Made by a program: the position numbers and the translations under genes. DNA of 18,642 bases from a bacterium (GTDB taxonomy: Bacteria > Hinthialibacterota > Hinthialibacteria > Hinthialibacterales > Hinthialibacteraceae), in NCBI GenBank assembly GCA_963663405.2, contig CAXXSM010000155.1, positions 1 to 18,642 of the forward strand. The letters run 5' to 3'. The notes under the pieces were generated by a model. That model was not told the origin of the DNA. It saw only the letters and a list, made by a program, of their open reading frames with translations, and did not search any database. This document shows, in pieces, positions 1 to 8,634 of the stretch (position 1 is its first letter; every line of letters starts with the position of its first letter).

Positions 1-60
1 ACTATTAATATGGATGATTCCATTTTACTGCTGGGCGCTGAGGATAATAATCAAATTACC

Positions 61-90
61 GGTGGGCCAGTAAAGCATGGCCCACCCTGC
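61..90 (-). repeat. REP-like GC-rich hairpin downstream of the MBL-fold gene (possible terminator or RNA stabiliser)
   Basis: Perfect 9-bp stem GGTGGGCCA (61-69) / TGGCCCACC (78-86) with an 8-nt loop. On the minus strand it reads GCAG-GGTGGGCCA..., one mismatch from the GTAG foot of GTAG-family REPs. No clean U-tract. Confidence 0.55.
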
Positions 91-120
91 GTCTGTTTCA
101 TTAAAAAGACAGAGAGTATA

Positions 121-1005
121 TCAATCTGCTGTGTAAGGAAATTGAATTTTCGAGCCTGTAGAACAGAGGAAACACCGGCCGGGAAACGCCTGCCAGAAGG
201 CCGCGATCGCGTTGATTCCTGTACAATGTCCCAGGCCGATTCGCTGGACATTATGACGCCGGAAAGCTTCGATGGTCTTGTGAAGCCGTTTCTCATTCGC
301 ATTGACGAGATGGAAGCCTCCCATAACGCAGTGAATTGGTCTATTGCCCGTGAGCGCTGAAATCCGCTGGAGCGTGTTCACAATACCGGAATGCGCGCAA
401 CCGGATAGAATCACAATGCCTGCGGAGGTGTCAAAAAAGATCGCCCGGTCATCGATCAATGGGTCCGGATCACGTCCCTCTTGATCGAGAAAGAACGCGC
501 CGCCTGTGTCTTCATAGCTCGTTTCGCGTGGGATCTCACCGGTGATATAAATCCCATCGCTAAGAGGATGCGTCTCCTTGCTGACTCGGAGACGCGTCTC
601 ATCTTGACGCAGCGCCTGTAAGGTATTTTTAGGAATGCCTATATAACGCAATGAGCCATTGGTTTTGCTGTATTTAGGCAGTAGAGCGGTTGGATGAATG
701 TCTACGTTTGCGTTCGGCGCGGTATGCAGCGCGGTTTCTAATCCACCGGTATGATCGAAATGTCCGTGGCTGATCGCGATGGTATCCGTTTGGGAAAGGT
801 CAATCTTCATCTTTTCACTGTTTTCCGCGAATAAAGGGCTTTGCCCCGTGTCAAACAAAAGACGATTCCCGCCGGTCTCGATCCAGAAGGCGATTCCATG
901 CTCTCCCCGTAGGTCTGAAGCGAACGCAATGGTGTTTTCCACCAATACCGTCACGCTGGTCGATCCATTGATTGTTTTTAACTTTTGGATTTTTTGTTCG
1001 TTCAT
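121..1005 (-). CDS. MBL-fold metallo-hydrolase (MJ0301-like / 7,8-dihydropterin-6-yl-methyl-4-(beta-D-ribofuranosyl)aminobenzene 5'-phosphate synthase-like family)
   Basis: 294 aa with GEHG, LLFDTGQ, SHGHFDHTGGL (HxHxDH), GCAHSG, GGFHL and GHCTG motifs. The start overlaps the GH2 stop (ATGA at 1002-1005). Confidence 0.9.
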   Translation of the reverse strand: MNEQKIQKLKTINGSTSVTVLVENTIAFASDLRGEHGIAFWIETGGNRLLFDTGQSPLFAENSEKMKIDLSQTDTIAISHGHFDHTGGLETALHTAPNANVDIHPTALLPKYSKTNGSLRYIGIPKNTLQALRQDETRLRVSKETHPLSDGIYITGEIPRETSYEDTGGAFFLDQEGRDPDPLIDDRAIFFDTSAGIVILSGCAHSGIVNTLQRISALTGNRPIHCVMGGFHLVNANEKRLHKTIEAFRRHNVQRIGLGHCTGINAIAAFWQAFPGRCFLCSTGSKIQFPYTAD

Positions 1006-3299
1006 TTTTCTTTTTTCCCGATTAATAACGCCGCGTCGATATATTGACCGCCCTCGTCTTGATGGCAGTGGATAGCGATTTGGTTGGTTCCCTCTCGCAG
1101 AGCGGAACCAAGCGCTTCGGTGACGTCGAAGCCTTCATACCGGTCGTTCCAGCGGTCCCGGCTCCATATTGTCTTGCCGTTGACATAGACTTCCGTCGCG
1201 TTGTCGTAATGAATCACCAGCGCCGCCCGGTCGTAGTTAGAGCCATCGTATTCAAATTCTTGACGCAGCCAGATATCTTTTCCCGTCCACGGTGTGCGAA
1301 TGGATTCCTGCCAGCCGCCTTTCTGTCCGAATCCCGCGAGACCGGTCTTCCATGTGGAATCGTTGAATTCGGTTTTATTCCAATCCTGAGAAGGTTTTTG
1401 AGTGGTGTATCGCCAAGGTTTCGCCAGGGCATCATCGGGGAACGCTCCGATCAGCACGTGCCATTCGGGTTCGCTTTTTTGTGTCTCCAGCGGAGGATTC
1501 TTCTCATACGCCGCCTCCCGTGAAAGGAAGGAATGCAGTTTTTTCGCTTCGAATTTTGGCGACCGGTCGAAATAATAGACACCGTTTTTTTCTTGTTCGA
1601 CATCGGTCAGCTGGGTATAGCAGAATCCGAAAAAATTACGGTTGACCATCTGCGCGTCCGCGAGACCGGCGAAACGTTTGTAAAATTCCAATTTCGATTC
1701 CGGCTCGTTTCCATATCCCCATGCGTTTCCTTCTTCTTTTTCAAACCAGCCGATGCCTCCATATTCACTGATGAAGAATGGGATTCCTTGGATTGATCCA
1801 CCGTACCGGGATGGTATGGACGCGGCTTCGAAGCGGCTGCGCCATCGTTCGTGTAATGTGACGGGATTTTGGTCGTAATCATGCGTGTCTAATAATTCCG
1901 GATCGGGGACGCTGTGGCTCCAGCCGCTTGTGTCAAGTACAGGACGTGTGGGATCCAGCGCGCGGGTTAGATATACGACAGCGTTCTGAATATTTCCCGC
2001 TTCCTTTGGGGTTTCGTTGAAAGGACACCAACCGATGATGGAAGGATGATTGCGGTCGCGGTGGACTAGTTCCACCCATTCCTGAATGTAGGGGACATCA
2101 ACGGCTGGATTGGCGTAATCCGCGCCGAAACTGGGATACTCTCCCCATAACAGGTAACCGAGTTTGTCCGCCCAGTAGAGAAAGCGGGGTTCAAACACCT
2201 TCTGATGCAGACGCGCGCCATTGAATCCAACGGCTTTGGAGAGTTCGATATCTTTTTTCAGCGCAGTGTCGCTGGGCGCGGTCCAGACTCCATCCGGGTA
2301 GAATCCTTGATCTAAAACCAGCCGTTGAAAAACGGGTTGGCCATTGATCAAAATCGCCGCGCCTTCGATCGCGATCGTGCGAAGTCCAAAATAACCCTGT
2401 ACTTCATCAATCACCTCATTCTCCCGCGCGAGAGTCAGTTTTAGATCGTACAGGAAAGGATCGTCCAACGACCAAAGCCGCTTCTCGGTTAGATTTAAAA
2501 CGAGATGATTGTTGCGCCAGGCGGCGGGTGTTTTGGCCCATGCGGTTTGTGAGTCATCGGCGTAGGCGCGGGCGGAGACCGTAAGACCTTGTGAGGGACC
2601 GTCCAACTCGACCTGTAAGATGATCCTGCCATTGTCTGGATCGGGAGTAACGCAGTAATCGCTGATGAATGTGGAACCGGCGCCTTCTAACCAGACGGTT
2701 TGCCAGATTCCCGTGGTGCGGGTGTAAAAGATGCCTTGACTTTTTTCTTGTAAGGATTGCTTGCCTAACGGCTGCAGGCGGCTGCGTGTGTCGTCGAAGG
2801 CGTGAATAACGACGGTGTTTTCACCGGATTGCAGCGCTTGGGTAATGTCGAACGCGAACGCGGCGTTCCCCCCGCGATGGTTTCCAATGTACTTTCCATT
2901 GATCCAGATACGCGTAAGCCAATCACACGCCCCAACATGAAGCCGGATGCGTGGGGCTGACCATGATTCGGGAATTGTAAAATTGCGGCGGTACCATACG
3001 TTTTTCACGAAGCCTTTTCGTTCGATTCCGGAGAGTTTGCTTTCCCGGCAGAAGGGAACAACGATAGTTTCGGGGTATGATTCCGCTGTAAGAAACGATT
3101 CATCCTCATTGTCATCCGTCTCGGCGAATTCCCATACGCCGTTCAGATTGAGCCATTCTATTCGTTGTACTTGTGGCGTGGGGTGTTCCGCCCGTGGTAT
3201 GATGTCCGCCTGCGCAGAAAGAGTTCCAAGAATAATTGCAACGCCCAGCGCCGCCATGAATATGAATTTGAAGTAAGAATGTGATCGTATCTTATTCAT
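1002..3299 (-). CDS. Secreted glycoside hydrolase family 2 with a C-terminal galactose-binding-like domain
   Basis: 765 aa. Signal peptide ending AQA, WLNLNGVWEF, TGIWQTVWLE, YFGLR, LDQGFYPDG, RLHQKV, RDRNHPSIIGWCPFNE (acid/base Glu), FISEYGG (nucleophile Glu), CYTQLTDVEQEKNG. AGGAG RBS upstream. Confidence 0.92.
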   Translation of the reverse strand: MNKIRSHSYFKFIFMAALGVAIILGTLSAQADIIPRAEHPTPQVQRIEWLNLNGVWEFAETDDNEDESFLTAESYPETIVVPFCRESKLSGIERKGFVKNVWYRRNFTIPESWSAPRIRLHVGACDWLTRIWINGKYIGNHRGGNAAFAFDITQALQSGENTVVIHAFDDTRSRLQPLGKQSLQEKSQGIFYTRTTGIWQTVWLEGAGSTFISDYCVTPDPDNGRIILQVELDGPSQGLTVSARAYADDSQTAWAKTPAAWRNNHLVLNLTEKRLWSLDDPFLYDLKLTLARENEVIDEVQGYFGLRTIAIEGAAILINGQPVFQRLVLDQGFYPDGVWTAPSDTALKKDIELSKAVGFNGARLHQKVFEPRFLYWADKLGYLLWGEYPSFGADYANPAVDVPYIQEWVELVHRDRNHPSIIGWCPFNETPKEAGNIQNAVVYLTRALDPTRPVLDTSGWSHSVPDPELLDTHDYDQNPVTLHERWRSRFEAASIPSRYGGSIQGIPFFISEYGGIGWFEKEEGNAWGYGNEPESKLEFYKRFAGLADAQMVNRNFFGFCYTQLTDVEQEKNGVYYFDRSPKFEAKKLHSFLSREAAYEKNPPLETQKSEPEWHVLIGAFPDDALAKPWRYTTQKPSQDWNKTEFNDSTWKTGLAGFGQKGGWQESIRTPWTGKDIWLRQEFEYDGSNYDRAALVIHYDNATEVYVNGKTIWSRDRWNDRYEGFDVTEALGSALREGTNQIAIHCHQDEGGQYIDAALLIGKKEK

Positions 3300-3401
3300 T
3301 GAATAATCTCCTACTTGTATGGATTGTCATGGGTATAGTGAATCGTACTCGTCTTGCTTTGATGAAGGTAGGCCGATCTGTCTTTGAAGCGAAAAATAGA
3401 A

Positions 3402-4728
3402 TTAAGTTGGAATTGTTTGTGAATTCGCTGACGACTGTTGTTCTTCCGGTTTTATATCTTCCGATTGTTGAAGAGCGTATTTGAGGGTGATTGGTCCTAT
3501 GATCTGATTGACTGCGATGACTGCTACAACGATGGTTTTTAAGTTCTCTCCCCATTGAATGTTTTCCAACTGCAAAATTGTGATCAATCCCAAACTGACT
3601 CCAGCCTGTGGAAGAAACGCCATCCATAATGTGTTAGGTGACCGGATCGATTCGCCCGACACCCGCAGTCCTATGGATGTGGATAAATATAGAAACACCA
3701 TACGGGCGGCGACTAGAAAAATGGTAATGAACAACGCGGACGACAGAGCCGCCAAATTGAGTGAGGCGCCGGTCAGGCAGAAAAAGACAACGTAGATGAG
3801 TAAAGCGATTTTTTCGATCATTTCGATCAGCGCTTTACCTCGGTTGGAGGCGTTTGTGACCCAAAATCCGGCGGTGATGCAAATAATCAGAGTATCCAGA
3901 TGAAAGTTCTTCGCAGCTTCGGAAATCAAGTATGAAAACGCAAGAATAAAAAGAACGGGATCGGTTTGAATATATTTGAGGTATAAAGACACGAGGATTC
4001 CAGCCACTATCCCCGCGCCGAAGGAGAGAAAAATCTCTTCACTAATCTTGCCAAGAAATCCAAATTGAAAACCTCCTCCATGATCCATTAATTTCAGAAT
4101 GGGTATCAGCAGCGCGAAGAGAAAAATTACGAGAACGTCTTTAATGACGGCGACACCTAGAGTGATCTCCGGCGCCGTTCCCTTCGAGCGAGTTTCTGTA
4201 ATGATCGCGACGGTCGTCCGCGGGGGATTGAGCTGTGGCGATGATTCCAAACACCATCGAAGCGCCCACCCGACTCGATATGGGTAGCGTAGACAGAACG
4301 GGCAGCCATTGAATGATATAAAAAAATACCGCTGAAGATAGTAGGAAAACAAGCGAGATTTGAAAAAATGTCAGGCAGGCGATCCCACGCCAGCGGCGCT
4401 GGATAGAAGAAAAATGGAGTTCTCCCCCGGCGGTTAGCGCGATCAACGCCAAAGCGATCTGGTCGATGAGCGCAAAGTTCTGAATGCTGGATTCTGTGAT
4501 GAATTTAACGCCAAAAGGGCCGAGAATCATCCCTGTGATTAGATAGCCGGAGATTCGCGGCAGTTTAACATGAACAAGCAGTTCTCCTAGCAGGTAGCCG
4601 GAGAGGATCACCATACCGAACGATAATGTAAGCAATCCCGCGTCATTCGAACCGCTTTGATGGGGATAAAGGCGCGCAATGCCTACTAACGTTAACATCA
4701 GAACGAATGCGGCGAATCGTGTATACAT
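3402..4728 (-). pseudogene. Cation:proton antiporter (Na+/H+ exchanger, CPA2-like) split by a one-base frameshift near 4218; pseudogene or sequence error
   Basis: ORF 4141-4728 supplies the N-terminal helices (LPRISGYLITGMILGP, ALTAGGEL, IATAQSPA). ORF 3402-4352 supplies the rest (TTVAIITE, VAVIKDV, PQAGVSLGL, NQIIGP). Removing one base at 4218/4219 gives one 441-aa membrane protein. Confidence 0.85.
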
Positions 4729-4788
4729 TCATTGTACCATATGAAGGTGTAGAAAAACGTCTTGCTCTTGGCTCCTATTTTATACTCT

Positions 4789-6225
4789 TTAATAATCCTG
4801 AAATGGATCGCGGGGTTCGGCGGCGTCCATTTCTTTCATCCATTCGGTGAATCGTCCTTTCATTTTTTTTAGCATTTCCGGATTCCGGCTAGACAGATCA
4901 TTTTGTTCTCCCAGATCGGTGCTAAGATCGAAAAGACCTGATCCTCTGGAGGAGTCGACCCATTTCCAGTTTCCCACTCGCGCCGCTTTGTCACTACGGC
5001 GTCGCCAAAACATCTCATTTCGTTTTGATTTCCGTTCTCCCGCCAACACCGGCGCCATATCAAAACCATCGTAAATAATATTGCTGGGAAGTTCGCAGTC
5101 AGCCGCGTGGCAAAGGGTCGGGAGAACTTCCAACGTTGTTAGGAATTCATCACACACGGTTCCTTTAGGAATCCTATCAGGCCAACGGACAATGCAGGGT
5201 ACACGTAATCCCCCTTCGAACATCCGTGATTTCCCTCCGCGCAAAGGAGTATTGTCCGCCGTACCTGAACCGCCATTGTCGGAGAGGAAGATCACGATAG
5301 TGTTATCATAGATTCCTTCTTGTTTCAGTGTGTTTATAATGTTCCCGATCGATTCATCCATGCAAGTGAGACAAGCCATGTGATCAATGCGCTGTTGTTT
5401 TTTCGCATCGTTGGTTTTGGGATATCGTTCCACATATTTTTGGGGAACTTGAACCGGTTTGGGTTTTTCCAACACCGACGCAATGTGGGGCGCGTTGTAT
5501 GGGACATAACAGAAAAACGGCCGGTCTTTGTTCTTACGGATAAAACGGATCGCTTCCCGCTCAAAGAGATATGTTGTATAGGTCCCTTTATCTTCGGTGG
5601 TAGGATTGTTATTGCGGAACATGGAGGGGACGCCGTAACGTTCGTGTGTGTAGTAATCGATCCCGGTGTTGACATAGCCGTAGAATTCGTCGAATCCGCG
5701 CTGGAGAGGTAGAAAACGTTGTTGCATGCCTAAATCCCACTTGCCGAAAATACCGCTGACGTATCCTTTTTGTTTCAGGATGCGAGGAATCAATATTTCG
5801 CGGACATCCATACCCAAAATTTTTTCGGGGGAGATGGCGTACTCTTCGGGTGGATACTTATACCCATAATCGACTTTATCGTTGCGGAACATATCGCAGG
5901 TTCCATTCCGCTGCGGATAGCGTCCAGTCAACAGGCTGCCCCGTGAGGGTGTGCAGGCGGGCCAAGTGACATAGAACTGCGTTAACCGCACACCTTCTTT
6001 AGCCAGTTGATCAAGATAGGGAGTGATGATTTCCTCATTACCGTAACAGCCTAAATCATGATATCCCTGGTCGTCAGATACGAGTAAAAGTATATTGGGC
6101 GGGCGTTTCGTTCTCGCGCTTGCTTTTCCCGTCAGGTACAATCCGAGAGATCCCATGCTGGCAGTAGATAGGAAATGACGGCGGTTGAATGAATCCAGTT
6201 TCATCATGACTCCCCTTTGTTCCAT
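4789..6225 (-). CDS. Tat-exported Cys-type (formylglycine-dependent, S1) sulfatase, arylsulfatase-like
   Basis: NRRHFL twin-arginine signal, PNILLLVSDDQG, CTPSRGSLLTGRYP (CxPxR), GKWDLG, YNAPH, FLSDNGG, GGKSRMFEGGLRVP. The real start may be ATG 6204 or 6207, which follow an AGGGAG RBS. Confidence 0.93.
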   Translation of the reverse strand: MEQRGVMMKLDSFNRRHFLSTASMGSLGLYLTGKASARTKRPPNILLLVSDDQGYHDLGCYGNEEIITPYLDQLAKEGVRLTQFYVTWPACTPSRGSLLTGRYPQRNGTCDMFRNDKVDYGYKYPPEEYAISPEKILGMDVREILIPRILKQKGYVSGIFGKWDLGMQQRFLPLQRGFDEFYGYVNTGIDYYTHERYGVPSMFRNNNPTTEDKGTYTTYLFEREAIRFIRKNKDRPFFCYVPYNAPHIASVLEKPKPVQVPQKYVERYPKTNDAKKQQRIDHMACLTCMDESIGNIINTLKQEGIYDNTIVIFLSDNGGSGTADNTPLRGGKSRMFEGGLRVPCIVRWPDRIPKGTVCDEFLTTLEVLPTLCHAADCELPSNIIYDGFDMAPVLAGERKSKRNEMFWRRRSDKAARVGNWKWVDSSRGSGLFDLSTDLGEQNDLSSRNPEMLKKMKGRFTEWMKEMDAAEPRDPFQDY

Positions 6226-6302
6226 TTTTTATTGTCTCCACGATAAAGAATTCATTGTGATCGCGCAAGATTGATGAAGAAGATTCCATTTAAATCAAAT
6301 TT

Positions 6303-6320
6303 CAGACCTCCTGAGCTGGG
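6303..6320 (+). repeat. Left terminal inverted repeat of the IS
   Basis: CAGACCTCCTGAGCTGGG matches the reverse complement of 8616-8633 at 16/18 positions and is preceded by AATTT. Confidence 0.9.
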
Positions 6321-6403
6321 CCGGGGGATTCCGTAGAGTTGATGATTTTGGCAAGATACCTTTTTGGGGATAAAAACGATCGATCCAAAAAGGAGCCCGG
6401 TTG

Positions 6404-6901
6404 ATGCCACAAGGATTCTTACCCCACTTTGCCGATGTCGAGGAAGGCTACATCACCGATGTACTCTCGTACCGGAAGCAGGACGGTTCGGTCTATTATT
6501 TTCATGGCGCCTTTCCTATTTACACGCATCCGGAAACCGATCAAAAGAGTTTCCGTTTGATTACCAGTCAGTTTGTCGTGAACGGGCAATGCACGCAAAT
6601 GGAGATTGTCCGAGCGTTTGGCGTGAGCGCGATCAGCGTGAAGCGGTGGGTCAAGAAATACCGGAAAGGCGGAGCGGCGGCGTTTTTTGAAACGCCTCGA
6701 ACGCGAGGCGCGCATGTCTTGACAAAAGACGTCCTCCAGCAAGCGCAAGAGTTCTTGAACGAGGGGCTCTCTCGAGCGGAGATCGCCGATCAGTTGGGCC
6801 TTAAGCGGAATACGTTGAATAAGGCGATCCAAGCCGGCCGCCTGGTGGAGCCGCTAAAAAAAACGATGCCGGAGGCCGCCCGAAAAGCGAGCGAAGCGTA
6901 G
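6404..6901 (+). CDS. IS OrfA: helix-turn-helix DNA-binding protein, N-terminal part of the frameshifted transposase
   Basis: AGGAG RBS before ATG 6404. Two HTH-like segments (TQMEIVRAFGVSAISVKRWVKKY and SRAEIADQLGLKRNTLNKAI). A8 run at 6856-6863 near the 3' end. Confidence 0.85.
   Translation: MPQGFLPHFADVEEGYITDVLSYRKQDGSVYYFHGAFPIYTHPETDQKSFRLITSQFVVNGQCTQMEIVRAFGVSAISVKRWVKKYRKGGAAAFFETPRTRGAHVLTKDVLQQAQEFLNEGLSRAEIADQLGLKRNTLNKAIQAGRLVEPLKKTMPEAARKASEA
6844..6863 (+). promoter_or_regulatory. Putative programmed -1 frameshift signal (A_AAA_AAA with an upstream SD-like GGTGGAG)
   Basis: CTA AAA AAA ACG in the OrfA frame puts A AAA AAA in canonical X_XXY_YYZ phase. The -1 frame is open from 6823 through to the OrfB stop. 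Confidence 0.75.
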
Positions 6902-6918
6902 AAGACAGCCAAGCGGCG

Positions 6919-8634
6919 ATGGGGATGGGCTGTACGCGAATGGTGGAGCGGGTCTGCGCGGCGACCGGGCAGTTGGAGGAAGCCCCGACTCGTTTCGAGA
7001 CGGAATTGGATGTGGCGCAAGGCGGCGTGTTATGGGCGATGCCCGCGTTACTCGCCAACGGGCTGCTGAAGAATGTCTCGAAGAACTTTTCTCTCCCCAA
7101 AGGATTTTACAGTTGCGTCCACATTTTTATTGTGTTGGCTTTCATGGCGTTGACGCGGATCAAAACGCCGGAACAGTTGCGCTATCATCCCGCGGGGGAA
7201 GGGGGCAAGTTACTGGGCTTAGATCGAATTCCCGAAGTGCGGACCCTGCGGGAAAAAATCAAAATTCTCGCCCAACCAGACCAGATCAAAGAATGGGGGG
7301 ACGAATTGTCCCGGGAGTGGATGGAGGCGGATCCGGACGCGGCGGGCGTTTTATATGTCGATGGTCATGTCCGCGTCTATCACGGTTCGCAAACGAAACT
7401 GCCCCGCCGCTATGTCGCGCGTCAACGATTATGTTTGCGTGGACTCACCGACTATTGGGTGAACGACGGCGAAGGCCGCCCCTTCTTTGTGGTGAGCACT
7501 CCATTCACCACCGGCTTGTTGGATCGGCTCAAACAAGACATTGTTCCACAGTTGCTAAAAGATGTTCCCCATCAACCCACAGCCGAAACCCTCGAATCCA
7601 ATCCTTATTTCCACCGGTTCATCCTGGTGTTCGACCGGGAAGGCTATAGCCCTGAGTTCTTCGCTCAGATGTGGGATTCGCGGATCGCGTGTCAAACGTA
7701 CCGCAAGTTTCAGGGAGAAGATTGGCCAGTTTCAGAATTCGAGACAGTGAATGTGCGTCTGCCTGGTGGGCATGAATCGCCGATGCGCTTGGCCGAGAGA
7801 GGCGTCTTTCTGGGAGGAAAAATCTGGGTGCGGGAGATTCGCAAGTTGGGGGATACAGGGCATCAAACCGCTGTGATCAGTACGGATTATACATCGGATG
7901 CGAGTCAACTGGCGGCGCATATGTTCGCGCGTTGGTGTCAGGAAAACTTCTTTCGGTACATGATGGAACACTTTCATTTAGATGGACTTATCGGGTATGA
8001 AACGGTCTTGCCGGATGAGACGATGAAAGTGGTGAATCCGGCCTATCGGAAATTGGAAAGTCAGATCAAAAGCCTGGCGGGGAAAAAGACTCGAAAGCAA
8101 GCGGAATTCGGCGCCCTTGTCCTAAAGGAATCCTCCGATCCGAAAGAGATCGAATGCTATGAAATCCAGAAAGGCGCCCTCCTTGAAGAGATCGGAGGGA
8201 TGGAGAAACAACTCGATGAGTTCAAGCGGAGCCGGAAGCAAACGAAAAAGCATATCGCGTTTGTGGACTTGCCAGAGGAGGCAAAATTTCACCAATTGGC
8301 TCCAGCGAAGAAACAATTCATGGATACGATTCGAATGATTGCGTATCGGGCGGAAACGGCGATGGTGGCAATCCTGCGGGAGGTGCTGAGCCGGGGAGAC
8401 GATGCGCGTTCGTTGGCGCGGGAAATCATGACCACCGAGGCGGATCTGATTCCCGATGAAGAAAAAGAGATTCTCACGGTTCGGCTCCATCACTTGACCA
8501 ACCGCCTTTCCGATCAAGCCGCCCGTCATTTGGCCGCTCAATTGAATGAAACCGAAACCATTTATCCTGGCACGAATCTACGTCTCGTTTACCAATTGGT
8601 GTCAGATCAATATCCCCCAGATCAGGAGGCCTGA
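6919..8634 (+). CDS. IS OrfB: DDE transposase catalytic region, probably expressed as a ~743-aa OrfAB fusion (6404-8634)
   Basis: 571 aa. Candidate catalytic triad LYVDGH / LVFDREGYS / RWCQENFFRYM, followed by a coiled-coil-like stretch. The ORF runs through the right IR. Confidence 0.9.
   Translation: MGMGCTRMVERVCAATGQLEEAPTRFETELDVAQGGVLWAMPALLANGLLKNVSKNFSLPKGFYSCVHIFIVLAFMALTRIKTPEQLRYHPAGEGGKLLGLDRIPEVRTLREKIKILAQPDQIKEWGDELSREWMEADPDAAGVLYVDGHVRVYHGSQTKLPRRYVARQRLCLRGLTDYWVNDGEGRPFFVVSTPFTTGLLDRLKQDIVPQLLKDVPHQPTAETLESNPYFHRFILVFDREGYSPEFFAQMWDSRIACQTYRKFQGEDWPVSEFETVNVRLPGGHESPMRLAERGVFLGGKIWVREIRKLGDTGHQTAVISTDYTSDASQLAAHMFARWCQENFFRYMMEHFHLDGLIGYETVLPDETMKVVNPAYRKLESQIKSLAGKKTRKQAEFGALVLKESSDPKEIECYEIQKGALLEEIGGMEKQLDEFKRSRKQTKKHIAFVDLPEEAKFHQLAPAKKQFMDTIRMIAYRAETAMVAILREVLSRGDDARSLAREIMTTEADLIPDEEKEILTVRLHHLTNRLSDQAARHLAAQLNETETIYPGTNLRLVYQLVSDQYPPDQEA
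8616..8633 (-). repeat. Right terminal inverted repeat of the IS
   Basis: CCCAGATCAGGAGGCCTG followed by the duplicated AATTT. Overlaps the last transposase codons. Confidence 0.9.

Larger units (their letters stand above)
6303..8633 (+). mobile_element. Complete DDE-type insertion sequence, 2331 bp, family not confidently assignable
   Basis: Terminal inverted repeats CAGACCTCCTGAGCTGGG (6303-6320) and, reverse-complemented, CAGGCCTCCTGATCTGGG (8616-8633), 16/18 identical. Flanking 5-bp direct repeat AATTT (6298-6302, 8634-8638). Contains an HTH ORF and a DDE ORF. Confidence 0.93.

Noticed and set aside
10-360. 116-aa plus-strand ORF at the window start
   Set aside because: Mostly antisense to the MBL gene and crosses the hairpin; no recognisable motifs.
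7032-7649. 205-aa alternative-frame ORF inside the transposase
   Set aside because: Low-complexity Arg/Gly/Pro-rich translation typical of off-frame GC-rich DNA; no motif or clear RBS.
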